Positions 28,553-43,240 of a stretch of 64,000 bases of DNA are shown piece by piece. A model generated the notes under the pieces. The model had not been told where the DNA came from. It saw only the letters and a program-made list of their open reading frames with translations, and ran no database searches. Each line of letters starts with the position of its first letter. Position 1 is the stretch's first letter. This stretch comes from Catajapyx aquilonaris (Eukaryota). Both the position numbers and the translations under genes were made by a program. Location: contig JYFJ02000418.1 in the NCBI GenBank assembly GCA_000934665.2, positions 62,001-126,000 of the forward strand, given 5' to 3'.

Positions 28553-28900
28553 TTTTTACTTTTTCTCATCGAAAAAGTGTTATAGAATCGCTCCGTCAGT
28601 CTGTCCGTCCGTGGACAAGTATCAGGGCCTAGACCGCAAGAGATAGCGACAAATGGTTTTCGGATTCGGATTCAGCGGACCCTACATAGGTTTCAGGGTC
28701 AAATTCCGGTTTTCCGGGTTCACTCGATCCACCAAGGTCAAGTCAACATCGCATAAATTAATTTTCTTGGGTTTCCTGGCAACGGGAAATGAGACGGAAA
28801 CATTCTATATCATTGTTAGATTCGCATCGTGTCGTGTCGTAATCAGCAAAGTTGTCAGTCTCATTTCCCACTGCTCAATGAGAAAAAGTCTACTCGAATC
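28553..28900 (+). mobile_element. Possible non-autonomous Helentron/DINE-1-like fragment
   Basis: T-rich start followed by a short (GTCY)n tract (ccgtcagtctgtccgtccgt) and ggattcggattcagcggacc, an architecture typical of such elements. Recognised by pattern only; boundaries approximate. Confidence 0.35.
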
Positions 28901-31900
28901 ACGTTGGCGTGATTTGTGAATCTTGTTTAAAATTTAAAATAATAATCGGAAATGCAGGTTTTTTCTTCAAATGATGGCTCCATCACCTGATCGTCTTCAG
29001 ATGTGTTTATCACAGAGATCCAAAGTGCCCACACCTTGTCATTTCCTCCTAATGGACTGCTGCTTGAAAAACAGGAGCTATACACTGTACCGTACAGGGC
29101 GGTACTGGTCTCATTAAATCCCACACATCACCCAGCCCCTCACTCTCGTTTTTTTCACACACTCCACCCTCTGTTAGTAACCGGATTATGCTCCTAAGTG
29201 GTCGATCCATGACATCAATAACAGATTGGATGTGGCCTGATGATTTCGCAGGTTTCCACAAGAGAAGTGCTCGGGAAAAATCCACCTACTCGTACCGACA
29301 TAAATCGCGAGCCGTGTTGTCGGTGACAACGCATAAACAACATCCTTGGCATGACCATTTCTGGATATAACATTTCAAGTCCCAAGGCCTATCACGAAAA
29401 CATTAAAACCGGGACTGAGAAAAAACGCCCGCAATTATTTCAACAGCTGTAAGCAACGCGCTTCCTAGACAGTAAATTTGGAGGGTTTTTTTAAAAGCGA
29501 AAAAAAAGAGCTTCCGCAACTGACTGAACCGAAGGCTTATTTCGAGATTCGTAGAGCCGAATTAATGCGGACGGATGTGCGGTAAGCCGTCAATTCCAGA
29601 AAAGCTCGACCGAGGAATCGTTAGGTGGCGAGGTGGGGAAAGCCCTATTTAACATCCCAGTAGACTCATGTCTTGTCGTAACGGTTCATGTCAGTTTGGT
29701 ACTGTTAACCAGGGTAACTGAATTTCTGTGCAGCCCACTCACGGATTTTGTACTGAAAAAACACACACGGTGTGGCTTGCAATTGCACACACGACAATTG
29801 ATTGCAACAATTACCCTCAGACATTGTCTCATGCCTTCTCCTGGGTCCCTTTTTTGGATACCTCTTTCCTTTCCGCCTAACTCGACTTGCGGCCGGGACA
29901 ATTAGGTTACCCCTTGAGGCTCCTGCAAAAGTTCGGGAACAAAAGAACTGCAATTAACAGGAAAAAAAGGAGCGGAGAAACCTCTCTCTCTGGTCGGTTG
30001 CTGCTGTTAAAAAAGAGAGTACCGACTCAATCACTTGCATTATTTAGGTATGTACACTTCGGTAGAAATTACTTGCACATATAAAGTGTCTATTCCGCCT
30101 AACATAATGCATAGAAATTATTTACAAATACCCAAGTCTAAAATATTGTTGCATCGTCCGACAGCTTAACCAACACTACATTGACCAAGTGCATAATATA
30201 GTGCATGGCCTCAAAAAAAAAAGAATTACAACAGAGAGCATCCCGTGCATTCACGCCAACTTTCCCTACAAGTCACCTGCTTGAGTGCCGTGAGAAAAAG
30301 GCGTGTTTACACAACATCTCTTTTTTATGTACGTGGAGACCAATCTCAAACCGCGAATCCAGGTGTCTTCCTCTCACGCAAACATCCTCTGACACACACA
30401 AAAAAAAGACAGTAAAATATTCGGCCGTTACTGCCGGAAGAATCGGAAGCCAAGCAATGCGAGGGTGTGACAAACGGCTTCGGGCAATGGCTATGGAAAA
30501 TAGGATCCGATTCCCTGGGGCTAGTTCGCTTAGGAGAAGAAAGAAAAAAAAGATGCAGACTTTGGAAGCTGAGACCACGCCAAGTCCATCTCAGGTAGAA
30601 CTTTTGGGGAAGACCCTTCTAAGAAATCCAGGCTGCAAAATCCAGATAAGTCTCCCTGCTCACTCTTAACGACCCTCTTTGGCCAGGATTCAGCCTCCAG
30701 ACCTAGAATCCTTAGGAAGAAGCACCCCTATCGTCCCAGGGGGGTGTCTATCCCCCATAGTCTTCTCAATGCAAAGTTGCCAGGACTTTCCAAGCGATTT
30801 TGAATCTCAAATGTCTTGCAGGGAAGGGGGATAATTTTATTCGAAAAGGTCGCACTTTGGGTGACATAAATGCTTACTGCTTTGGTACTTTGCATACCGC
30901 AAGGAATAGAAATGCCTGCTGACCGCAAATGTTAGGTGCCGTATACTCGGACGGTATGGGGGTCGTTCTACCGTAACGGACGTGACAGGTGCACCAGATT
31001 TGGTTCAGTTCATAGAATTTTAATGTTTCTTCAGCAACCTTCAAATTGTACAAACTGTACAAAGAGCGCGTGAAAAGGATGATAATAAGAAGGTCCTTTC
31101 CTAGAATGACCCAGTATCCCTTACATGGAACCCTGCTACTTTTTTTTCTCTTCCGATAAGTCCAAAAGAACAAGTTGCTGGCTTCGAACAAAGTTGCCTG
31201 AGGGCCAAATGATTCAGCAGAGGATCAGTAACCTTCCTTGTAGACCTATCTCTTTCCCGTTTGATACTCACACGAACACGCCATTACGGGGCCTTCACAA
31301 TTGGTAAGGAATGCCCACTCTCCGGATTATCGACAACAAGGCAAGGCAAGTATAGTGGAATCCGTCACGCCGATGGTATTGCCAATTGTCTCAAATACGG
31401 TATACCCTTTAGTGCAGGGGGGGTTTCTCCGAACTATAAAGCGCATTGTAGCAAAAGTGATTTAGTGCCTAGCTCCCCCTACCAACAACGCGAGAGATAG
31501 GTTTATTTCAACTCACGGAAGAGATCATCTCGTGTATCATTATTTTCGCCTTCAACTGGATGAGTGATGTTTCATTTCCTGCTTTAATCGCATTGGAAAG
31601 CGCCGCTGTTTTGCCATATCGCCACTCAGCATGGAAGCAACTTGAATTATGCACGGGCAATAAACTTGCGCAAAATTTATTACACACATGTACATACACA
31701 AGTTTGCCAATATTTCGCCAATTCAAATAAGATGGCACCATTCCACTTTCATAATCAATTCGCATTAGCCCAAAAAATACGTGGCTTGAGTCCAACTTCT
31801 ATTCATTAAAACGAAATTGGAATTCCACTCCGTCTAGCAATAGGTCCATTATTGACTGCAACACTCGGTCTTCTTCCTCTCTTCCTCCATAAGCCCTCCT

Positions 31901-32719
31901 TCTTTTTTTCCCCTCCCAATTTCGGCTGCCGGAAACCTCTTTTTCGCCTGGGCCTACAGGGGCCGTCCAGACTCATCTCAATCTGGTCTGTTTATCGCCC
32001 AACTTTCTTCCCTTCGGCCAATCTCCAATAGAGATGATGAAATTTTGTGGGGCGAAATCCTATAGGTAACGATGCCCAATGGCTTACAAAGTTACTAACC
32101 CAACAATGACAGTGCATATTCCTTGTGTGAGGAAGGAAGTTACCCCCTTCTTCCCCCCTCTGTCAAAAACATGCCATCCATCATAGACAGCATAACTGGC
32201 CTGACGTGTTTGCAAACAACGTCCACCTTTTTGCGCAGTGCCCAAAGGCTTTGCAAGGACGAACTTAATGAGGTTCAGAGATGGTCTATTGGCAAATTTC
32301 CTAGGCAAGCGTCTTTTTTTGCATACCTTGGAACGGGTGACTCGGCGTGCTTGTGTGCGGAAAAGCATTGTGCAATTTTGTCTAGGTCACAAAATAATTG
32401 CGACTTGCGATTCTCAAAAACAAAAAAATATTAGTAATAACAAAGTGTAATAGATGATTGCCCATTTTGACCCTTAGGCCTAAAATATGTGCTATAACTT
32501 TCAATTAACTGCGGCGGTTTTAGGCCTATCCACACGCCACTGTGTATAACAACTTGCGTTGTGTAAACACTCATTACGCGCGTAATTGCCAATCTACACC
32601 GCAGCGATATGAGTGAGAAGATATTTGCCACCCCAATCAAGTTCTGTAATTGGCAACAAAATAACTACGGTATATACTCCTTCATTTTTCTCATTTAACC
32701 TGCATACATCAAGTAGTAC

Positions 32720-32900
32720 ACGCACAGTTGCTCGATATTTTTGTGATAAATCGCTTCTTCAATCGATATTAGTAAAAATTGCACGAATATCGAAATATAT
32801 CGACAATTTGATACATCAAAAATCAATTTGCGATATTCGATCACAATTTTGGTGTGTTTATTTCAGATGGCGATAATTTCTTGATGTGTACCAGGCCTGG
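32720..32900. mobile_element. Degraded MITE-like segment rich in CGATA/TATCG
   Basis: Dense CGATA/TATCG motifs in both orientations, ending in ccaggcct, similar to subterminal repeats of hAT-type MITEs. A similar shorter patch lies at ~59490-59535. Confidence 0.3.
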
Positions 32901-35002
32901 TTGCAGTAGTTCTCCGCATTAGTCAAGGAAGACTTGCACTTTTGAAACACACTGTCTCCTTCCTGGCAAACCATGCCTCCAACTTTTGGCAGTAGCTTTG
33001 TGAGGCCTGCAGGGCAACTCGGGGTCGTATACACCACTTTTCAATCAACTGGAAAACTTTCCTTCTCTAGGAAGATGGCCAGGGGAAAATCTTGGCCCCA
33101 TTTTGCAGACTGCCGCCTGCAAAACACTTGGAAAAGATACTCAGGATCCAGAAACACCATTAGAGCTTAAGGATAATTGTCTCGAAACTGTAATGGGGAC
33201 CACCCCCGTATCTCCGGTCACTTGGGGGACATCCCTTTTCCTGGCTGAAACGTGACGTCTAACAGGCTTCAAATTGTCACCAGTCGTAAATGGACTTCAT
33301 GCTTGGAAAACGCCACCTTTTCTTACCAATTTTTTTTGTACAGCTTGAGAGGACCTATTGAGAAAATCTTGCCGAGTCAAGATTGATGATTAAAAGGTCC
33401 ACGCCCGATGCTTTGATCAATATAAGGCTGTCTACATTTTCGCCTGCTTCTTCTTTTTTTTCCACCCTTCCTTGATGATGACGACGCCTGTGTTCTTCCA
33501 AGAGACTTTAGTGTGCCTTGGAGCAACGTGACAGGACTGGCAAGGTGCCTTCAGGAGAAAAGTCGCAATTAACGCAATCAGGCCGCCCGATGAAAAGAAA
33601 TCAGAGATGGAAGCTAATGAGTCCACACTTTTTTTTTAAGCAAAATTTTTTTGGCGCCAGATTTGATTTCCCTAATTCCTGTACGTGAGTTCCATTCCTG
33701 CTACGAGCCAAAATATATACGCAGCATCCGTCTGGATAAATTCAGCCGTAAAAAACAGGCAAACGACCATATTATGTGGCGGTTACCCTTGGGGCTTTGG
33801 GATTGTCTCCACCGCCTTTGGTCACGCTGTGAAACCAGCCGAGTCACTAAATCGTGGCCTGGATAAAAAAAAATAGGAACCTGGGGTATATAGACGTGTC
33901 ATTGCCTAGGGAATTAATGGCGGAGGTGTGGCCGCTCATTCATACTGACTGAAGACGAAGCACCCAATCTGGACCGCTAATTGCACTGAATAATGGCACT
34001 GGAAATAAACCGTAGATCACCAAATCGCCCAATCAGTTGCGTAACCTGCTGAATATTCACCGATTTTTTTTGTGTGTTAAAAAAAACAGGCCAAATCCTC
34101 GGTCCTTATCTGGACAGTAAGAGTTATGAGTCGAGACATCCCGCTGGGAACACCGCATCAATGGACCTGTCCGATCCACTCAAGTTGTCCACAATTTGCA
34201 TTTGTCCAAAAAGCTAGGTCAGATAAACCTGGTCTTAAAACCGAGATTTTCGCTCCTTTTTTTTCTCTCGAGGGGTTTTTCTCCCCCCTTGATTTATTTA
34301 TCTCCTCCACGCTCACCGCCTTCGTTTGGACCACAAGCCTTGATTCAAGGATAGAATTCTTACGGCAGTCGCCTTCCATGTAACTCAATCTCTGCCGGCA
34401 GCCTCGATTGGGCTCTTCCTTCCTTGCTAGTCCCCTTTTCCTTATAACATCATGGCCCACCCTCTCCAAAAAAATGAGGTTTTTCAGAGCTTGCCACCAG
34501 AGCACACTCGGGTTGCGATTAGTCTCTTCTATAGCCATTAATATGCGTCGTTTCATCCCCTGTTGCAATTCAATTACCCTGGAGCAAGTGCAGAAAATTA
34601 ATGTCCAAAACCTAATTAGGCCCGTATAATCGACACTTAAAGTAACTGTTACGGGAGGGAGGGGGCACTCGATGCAACAATCAAAACTTGGATCTTTTTT
34701 TATTTAATAAATGGCGGCGCATGTGCTGATTATGCAAGGGGTCCTTGAAAAAGATGTAATCGAGAAGGAAGTCTCGGTTTTGAGACACGTCCGCTCCATT
34801 TTGTTGGGGGTAGGGGGGGGGGGGGTCTGTAAAACCACAGCTCTCGAAAGGATGTACTTGTACATGTTAGCACGACCCTCACCTCTTTCGGTTTGTTTTG
34901 CTGCTTCAAGGGAGGTATTACGATGCTGCTGCTGGAGCAGCTGAGTACAAATTCTCGGGTTTCTGTTACGCAAACATACTTGAACCCACCAAGGCGGAAG
35001 CT

Positions 35003-35466
35003 TTCTGCTCGTACCAAAATGTCCTTAGAAAGAGTATAGGATGAGTCACTGAATCCGTCTAATAGTAAGTCGCTCAGGCAGCAAAAAGTTGGGGGGAAAT
35101 CTGATAATTTGCACAAAATTACGCCCGTTACGTCGCTGAATTACGCCTATTACGCTTGGGAAGTTGCTACCAAAATGTTCTTAGAATTAATTGTTGGTTT
35201 ACTGAATCTATCTTACAGTAAGTCGCTCATGCAGCAAAAATGGCAAAAAAATCAGTAAATTTGCACATAATTATGCCAGTTACGCCCCTAAATTACGCCC
35301 ATTACGCTTTCGACACTGCTCATACCAAAATGTCCTTAGAATGGTTGGTTCACTGAATCCGTTTAATAATAAGTTTTTCTGTCGAAGATTTTGGCAATTT
35401 TTTAAATTGTCACAAAATTACGCCAATAACGTTAATTACGTCGCTGAATTACGCCCGTTGCGCTTC
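35003..35466. repeat. Diverged tandem repeat, ~156-bp unit, 3 copies, ATTACGC-rich
   Basis: accaaaatgt(c/t)cttagaa at 35013, 35169 and 35324; each unit has actgaatc...taagt and clustered (a)ttacgc motifs. Confidence 0.85.
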
Positions 35467-36290
35467 ATGCGTTTATTTGAAAACAAAATGACTGTATAGC
35501 TTCCGATACCGACAGGTTTCGTCGTAAAGGGCGTGAAATACAAGGCGCGTTTAGGAAGCCGTTACAATGATCAACGACTTCACCTTATTCTTGCGTGAAA
35601 TAAAGGCACGCTAGACCTGCCACACGTCGCGTAAAGTGCGGAAGAAGGCACGCAGGCTCCTGGTCTAATGCAAGTATCGCGTTACTTCGGACACTAACTC
35701 AATTTGCCAATTTGTGGACCGAGTTCCTTTGTCCTGTTGCCTTTTTCGCAGCTTCCGAAGCAACACACGCCTTATAGTGTATAAAACTACGACGATGACC
35801 AAATGAGCTTTTGCAAATTTTTTTGCGACCTCATTTCGGTCCGGATTTGGACAGATAAGCGCGCAGGAAAAAACGTGTGTAATGGAGGTCAGGAAGTAAC
35901 GTGCATGTCACACACCCGGAACCAGTGCAACTGAAGGAAATGGCAAGTAAAAGGGAGTGATTTACAGGTAACGGAGCTTTGAAAAAACCGTCAATTAAGC
36001 ACCGAATCGCCATTTGCGGTGAGTTCCACTCTGAGGTCATCCTTTGGTAGGTTTCCGGTTTAAAAAATGGTTGATTAGCATAAACTTCATTACGTTTCGA
36101 GTGGTGCGGCTCACAAATATTCACAGCGTGTCTTATGAGGATTTTTTTTTTTCAACCTCGACCTCAGCCATTTTTTTTTGCACATTTCCGGTCCAAACCA
36201 CGCCCATTTTTTTCAGGACCCCCCCACTTCGACAGGATCTGACCTTAGACATGTCCCAAAAGTTCCGGCATCACGATGTAATTGCACGTT

Positions 36291-36323
36291 ACTCACCTGC
36301 AAAAAGGAAAGGTACAATTTTAG
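36291..36323 (-). other. Recursive-splice-like site, junction 36297/36296
   Basis: ctaaaattgtacctttcctttttgCAG|GTGAGT: strong pyrimidine tract and consensus donor. Confidence 0.55.
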
Positions 36324-36699
36324 CACATTTGTCATAATCACCACACGAAAAATTTCACACACATTATGTCATAATTGTCAGACAATAAAATCTAAGGATC
36401 TGTACATTTAGTGTTGTAAACACCCCGATTTTTTTTGGAAATAGAAAAAAAAACGCAGGACGTAGCCGACAAAAGCGATTTTCGTCTCCTCGTTTTTTCT
36501 GAGAAGAAATAACATAATAATAATAATAATTGATTGATAATTGATTGGGTATTCGGCTAGCCCCAGAGGGGCCTTCTGCCAGACCTTTATTTCGATGGTA
36601 CAATTTTTTTTGGGAATCCTATTTTTGAAGCGCCCGGGCCCACGGGCAGGATGACAGGAGGGGATGTGCAAAGTGCAGTGAATCTGACGCTGTGGCCAT

Positions 36700-36870
36700 T
36701 TTTAGTGAACTCCCCCGGGTGGTCTAGTCTGTAGGATATACCACCCGAGACGAAGCCAGAGGTGACCCTGAACTCTGCACGAGATGAAGGGGGTGTCCCC
36801 GGGCTGGGATCGAACCCGGGACCTTAACATCCGTGGGCGCGCACGTTACCGCGGCGCCACTCCGTCTCCC
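36700..36870 (-). mobile_element. tRNA-derived SINE (Pol III head); 3' boundary approximate
   Basis: Minus strand reads GGAGACGGAG-TGGCGCCGCGG (A-box-like)-TAACGTGCGCGCCCACGGATGTTAAGGTCCCG-GGTTCGATCCC (B box)-AGCCCGGGG. The anticodon and acceptor stems do not pair well, so it is not a functional tRNA. Confidence 0.6.
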
Positions 36871-39800
36871 CTCAGAGAAGAAATAACATAGGACAGCGTA
36901 GGAAACCGGAAAGCAAAGTTTTCGTCTGCTCCTCCCACGACACCAGCCGTAAATCATTACAGGACGATGATAAATCGCGGCATTTACTCGGTGCGATTCC
37001 AAAGCTGCAAAATTAATAGGCGAACGTGCTGACTTGAGCGCTGGCAGATATTCAGCGCCCAAAATGACTAATTACTTCGCGATGAAGACACATTCGGGTC
37101 CTTCTTTTTTTTCTTCAAGAAAACGCCTCCATTCACGAAGATTCAAGAACTTATCAGCGACGAATCACCAGTTATTATAAGTAAATCTCCTCATTTCCGG
37201 CTCCCCTTCCTTCCTGCCGTCTTCTTCATCTGCATTTACATGTATTTGCACATTAAAAGAGCACTGTTTCCCACCCATGCCGACGGTAATTAACGACTAT
37301 AAAAGACAACTGGGCCATTTACATTCACGTAATTTGCCAAAGTCGAGGGCACAAAAGGGTACTAACTCGGTATAGCAAACATTAATTTGCAACACAAATT
37401 AAGACCAGTTGTTTGGACTCTAATTGTATATTATTGCACGTGCCGACGTATGGATTTTTTTAAACCGGCATTTATGATCAATTGTAAGTGGTAAATTGTA
37501 AATAAATAATTCTATCAATTCCTTCACGCATTACCTCATATAAATATATTTCTCATAATATATTGTAGTCTTATTTTCTCCGTTGATGTTTGTCCGACCT
37601 GATAGTACCACTATCTCTCGCAAAACCTGAGGGTGGCAGGAGTGTGCAGAGGGATCTATGCGTGAAAATAGTACTACGTGGTAAATCGGCGGGCCATTTC
37701 ATTAAAGCTGTTTGATTGTCAGTCATACTGATTACCCAATTTCGGCCACAAGTTCACTAGTAACTGTAGAAATAATCAGAAATATGACAGCCCCCAAGGT
37801 CACCAAAACTGAACCTGATTAATATAATATTCGACGTATTAAATTTATAACCTCCCAACTAATTTGTACCAGATCTTAGAAACAGCTTTTTAAAAACGCC
37901 AAGGCGTATCGTCCCCTGTCACCCAACCAAATAAATGGTTTGACCTACCGAATAGCAATGACCTCTTCCCACATGGCCAGAAGGTTGGTTCTCCGGCCCT
38001 CTCTTATTCCTGACAGCCACGCCCCGGGCGTTCGTGTCGCACGTTTNCCCCCCCAAAAAGACCGGCTGATTAGGACATTCACCTACACTTGTTGTTTCGT
38101 ATCACAGTTACCAGAGGAAACTGTGCACAGGCAACTTCCGGACGACACTGATCTCATTCGTGTCTGAGTATGTGTGTGTAGGTGGCTAAAGCGATACCGG
38201 GCTCCCATTCATGGAGTAACATATCAGCTTAGCAATAGTACGTGCGTCATGTTCTGAGAGTCCATCAAGGTCGATCACTCGGGTCCATCTGTGTGTGTAC
38301 TTCTCTCGGACCGAGACTTAGATAAAAGTGTGGAAAAAACTGAATTCCACCTTACAGAATAATCTATGGCAAGCTTGACAATGCTGAGAACGTGCCTGCC
38401 AAGTGCACGACGCGACGGAAGTTGCTTGCTCAGCACAAGTGTTATTTTCGTCAGGCTTTTTACAGGACTGTACAGATTTCCTTGAATTTCCTGGCAAATT
38501 CCTGCATACATGACTTCGACTAGAAATAAATTAGATTATATTTGCATATCCAGATTTTCTTCTCAAATTATTATTTACTCCGCAGTAATATGTAAACAAA
38601 AGACCGCTTCCTAGTTTGAAGAAGCATTAATTGGCATGGCCCGGGAAAACTTTGCAGACTTAATTACTGCGAACAAAGGGACTTGTCCTAAACGAAAGCC
38701 AGGGCTACATGAAAACTTTTGCACCTGTGTTCCTCCCAGCTTGAGAAACTTGTCGGTGGCTCGTCCACCAAAAACAGGAGTAGCCGCTACTCTAATTAAT
38801 AACTCCACAAACTCCCATTAATAACTCGCTCAATGAGAATTCACACGCGCAAGGTTGGTTATGATTCAACCTCAATAACACATGTTTAGCCTTTATTGTG
38901 ACACTATCTCCTGACAAATGAGGCAATGGAAAAGCAGAGGGACATACCAACGACAATAAATTCAAAGCAAGAGCCGGGTAAACCAGTAGCTGACTGATTC
39001 ACGTGAATGAAATCTAATCCCCGCTCCTATGGCCCCAACGCATTAAATCAGAATTCCTTAGAAGAAGAAGCAAGACGGCCTTGTTGCCCTGGAGCCAAAA
39101 ACAGCGGATTTTCTGCACACGTTTTCCAGGCTGTGAATAGAGAATGAAAAAGGTACCAGATTGACCCTGAACTTAGGGAGGAGAAGGGCATTACCGGAAG
39201 AAACGTAGGTTAAGGAGGTGAAGGTCTTTAATTATAGCGAAGTTATGCGCAAGTTTTGGGTCAGCGTGTTACATGGACTGGTCATGAGGATTACACACCT
39301 ACAGCTACTAAAAAGGGTCCATTCGTCTGGATCACTAAGGTGTGTAATCGGATACAAGTCGTAAATTCTACTTTGCATGCGGCCTGCCACTAACAAACGG
39401 CATTTTGCTTTTATTTATGACCCCCATTTGTTATGAAGTCACTCACTGGGGATGTGAATAATGAGCCAAAATCGGCTAAGGACACACCGAGAAAAAAAAC
39501 AAGATTCCATAAATGAAACGAAGGAGAAACCGGGCATATGGTGGTGGGAGGGCTCAATTACAAGCCACATCAGGAAAGGGCAAGAATGTGTGGGCGAGAA
39601 TGGGAAACAACAGTGCTTTTGAAATTGAAACAAAGCATCGCAGAAGCAAGGACGTGCTTCGAGAGAAGAAAAAAAAAATTATTTGGAAATACCCTTTGCT
39701 AATTAACGCCCCCTTGTGCAAGCTGATTGGCATCGTTTCCAATCGTCGCCAACAATACAAATTACCGGTTCTCCCTCGCCACTTTGATTATTCAACTTTC

Positions 39801-42800
39801 CCCCACCGGTTCCCTTTCGCCAAATCTCCTCCAGCTTTGGATTTTGCCAGCATCCTTGTGATTGATGGCATACAAATGAACTGGGATGTTCGAATCGGAG
39901 CGTATGACCTCGGTTGTCAATTACAGTTCATTAATCAGCATTCATTGCAAGCGGTGGAGGTAAAGAAGAAAAAAAGAGCGAAGTCAGCACTGCACACAAT
40001 TCTGATCGTCTTTTTCTTAAATCCCGGTTCCCTCTGGAGAAGCCAAGCTTCTGGCACACTTGAATCGCCAATCACGCTCTGGGATCAGACGCTGAAATTC
40101 AACTACTTCCTCTTTATTAGAGCATAAGGTCATACGGGGAAATATGGAGCAGAAATGTTGAAAAAACAAGCATGGTGTAACCAGAATCTGCAAAGTTACC
40201 ACGTATTCGCTAAAATAATTTTGAGCAGTTTCATACTAAATTTTAGCAAATTTTCGTCGCCAAAAAGGGCTAATGAGCGAAATTGATAATTTTCTGCCAA
40301 TTTTTAAAGCAATTACTTTTTATTCGGCCAAAATGTTTAATTTTTGAAGCAAGTTTTGTTCATTTATTTGGCACTTTTCTTATTATGTCGCCTACATTTT
40401 GAGTATTACAGACCTTCAAAAATTCAGTTTACAACCGCGTACTGTACTTGAAAATTAAACCTTGCAGTCTTGCCAACCAAATCATCATTGCAAGCAATTA
40501 CACCCGCAAGGCTCGTAAATTAACTTCCCAACGAAATGGCAGGGTTCCAATAGCACAGTAGCAACTCATTATTGCAACCTGCCAGGTGTGTCCTGTAAGG
40601 CGTCTAACTATACACGCCCTTTCTCTCCTGTACTATCTCAATGAAATACGTCGCGTTACTTTCGAAGCATCCAGCATCCTGGTATCAATTGCTCAGAAAT
40701 GTTTGCTCCAGACATTGGTCGTGCAATCGGATTAGATACGGAGAGAGCTAGAGAAAATAAAATGACAACGTCTCTCTTCGGAAGCACCGCAATATCACTC
40801 ACTTCCATCAGGAAGCGATATCAATCCATCAGTTGGGGGGGATTGGATGGATTGGCCCTTTCCACCACTATTCCCAGATGTTTTCAGGAGCCAAGACGGT
40901 CTCTTAATTGGTCAAACACCGGATGTTTGGACCACAAGTTCATTGTAATTGTCCGCAGCAATCAGCAAGAGTGCGAGACATCTTTTTACATAATTACATT
41001 GTTGCAACACATCCTGAATAATAATATTGTGGATTGGCGAAAAACTGCTATTCCTATCAAAAAATAACGGTGATTTGCACTTTAATTTAACCTAGATATT
41101 CCCGTTGATTTTTTAAATAATTTCATTTTTATGAGCAAACGAAGAGCTAATACGAAAACTATTTTAAACATTTTTGTATAGGACAAGGTTAATCTGATTG
41201 ATATGGACGTTTGTAAAATTAGTCAAATATTTTGTGTTCGTGGTGTTCATTGAAAATATAGCCGTGGTCACAATATTTGACTGCTACTTTGCACCGCTAC
41301 TACGCGATTTAGTGGGCCAGCAACCAAACATGCTTTCCGGATTCCACCACCAGCGGGGCAATGTTGCCTTGACAGATCGACCTTAATTTGCAGGGCTGGA
41401 AAAATGGCAGATAAAACGTGGTAGCCAAGGGGCAGTATCAGGCCGGAATGAAACCTTGCAAAGAGATGGAATGTGTGTGTTGTTGCCCTCGCCCCAACAG
41501 TACTCAACTGGCGGAAGGGAGAAAATGGATTAGGTGCCTCCCGGAATCATTCCGGGAGGAATCCTTGGGGAGCTCAGAATGGGGCCCGGAAGTTTCGGAC
41601 AATTGGGCCAAGTAATGGCACAAATCGCATCATTCCGGTGCACCATTGGGGGAGAGGGCTTAAAAACTGACGTCACTTCCGCATTTTTAGGGACAGAAAT
41701 TTGGCACAGTGGGTGCGACCCTGCTCAATTGTCCACTGTTGACATTTGAACTATTTAAACGCAGCAACATGAATATCCTGCCAGGCAATTTTAACGCTGA
41801 CGCACATAATAACAGGGGGTGGAAAAAAAAGTCCCCCCAATTTCCATGCAGCATGGTTGATGGAAATCCCTGAAAACGAGGCCTCATTTCCTCTTCTTTC
41901 CCATCCATGTTTATCCCCCCCCCCCCCATCCCTTTTTTTTAGGACCAAGTCCGCCGTCTTTTCTCATCACAGCCAGTGTCGCCTTCCACACAATTTTTTG
42001 GTAGCTTCACCCAGCAGGATCTCCGGATATGAAAATCCGGAGCTTTGGTGCGCGGTTCTAAATTATTGCTGAAATATCAATCACCCGATCCGATTAATGT
42101 GATCAACGCGGTGTAGAAACAACAGGAGGGTGTTGCGATTACATTAAATGGACCGATGGGGAGGCACAAACATGCGCATGTGGGATCATGTATTTACACA
42201 AAGTACTGACACACCGGAATTTAAATACACATCCACTATTTTATGGTCTCCAAATTCTAGCAAAATTGCGTTCGGACACGTTCGGGGTTAAAAATCGTCC
42301 GTGACGTACTTCCCAAAAATGTCCCAAGATCAGTCATGGGCATGACGCAAGTGGAAGTGCAAAACCGCACCTGGGCGTGGAACTTTCCGGCATGTTTTAC
42401 GAATAGGCAGGGGGGCCCCCAAGAAAAGACGAAGTTCTCATGAAGGCCCATGGAAGAAGAGGAAATGTCTTTTAACCCTCCCAACCCACCCACCAATTCA
42501 CATCTTTGGACTGTTGACCATACCCGAGGCAACAAAGGATGAAGAATGAGGGAGACTCAGACTGACCAAGAGCTCCTTTCAGCATCTAGAGGCTGTTAAC
42601 CTTTTTGCATCGTACCAGAAGACATGGCACCGAAATTTGTTTGTATTCACTCCCGGAGTGCATGGGCGTGACTTATCATACTGCGCAAGAAAAGACAACA
42701 AGAAAAGCTTTCTCCTTCTAAAAGTCCCGCCGACGACGGTTTGTAACCACATCCCGAACCGGAAGACACACCGAACCGGCCAGTGACACACTCAGGGTTG

Positions 42801-43089
42801 TATATATGCAAATATTCTCCTCATTCCCAGGAAAGATCAGGGCTCCGAAAGTGCATGTTAGGAACTAACGTACACGTGTCAATATTGGGGAGATAAGATG
42901 ATGGTCCACCGCACGCGAACCCACTAAAGTGCATCCACTAACCCAAGGGCGCCCTTAATACCTGATCCTTCATGAACCGGACAGGTGGAATAAATTATTT
43001 TGTAGAGAAGGGCACCAACAGTCTGGACCACAATGCTGCCAACTGTCTAACCTAATTCTGGTACGATACACAGATTTTTATATGACATA

Positions 43090-43240
43090 ATTGCCGCCGG
43101 CCAGGGGGAAAAAATCATAAAAATCAATCAGGGGCATATAAGCCCACCAATGCCAAGTTTCAGCACTCCAAGTAGTCTAAAAGTGGGTTAGGTAGCCCGG
43201 ACATACAAACATACTTTCCAGTTTATATTATGAAAGATTT
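43090..43240 (+). mobile_element. Possible non-autonomous Helitron-like fragment
   Basis: gccaagtttca...acatacaaacatac-tttcc...tttatattatgaaagat resembles the microsatellite-plus-AT terminus of such elements. Pattern recognition only. Confidence 0.28.

Noticed and set aside
34711..34944. ORF containing P-loop-like GVGGGGVCKTT
   Set aside because: The glycines come from a poly-G homopolymer; no proper GKT motif, no NTPase context and no supporting splice sites.
17150..35466. CRISPR-like or prokaryotic system interpretation of the repeats
   Set aside because: Units are long, diverged and lack unique spacers; the window is eukaryotic intronic DNA with no operon-like gene density.
36795..36870. 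Functional tRNA gene
   Set aside because: A and B boxes are present but the cloverleaf stems do not pair; treated as a SINE head.
39513..40127. Longest ORF in the track (204 aa) and other >100-aa ORFs such as 20821, 22467, 30205, 44485 and 55840
   Set aside because: Homopolymer-driven composition, no recognisable domains and no consistent splice structure; expected by chance in 64 kb.
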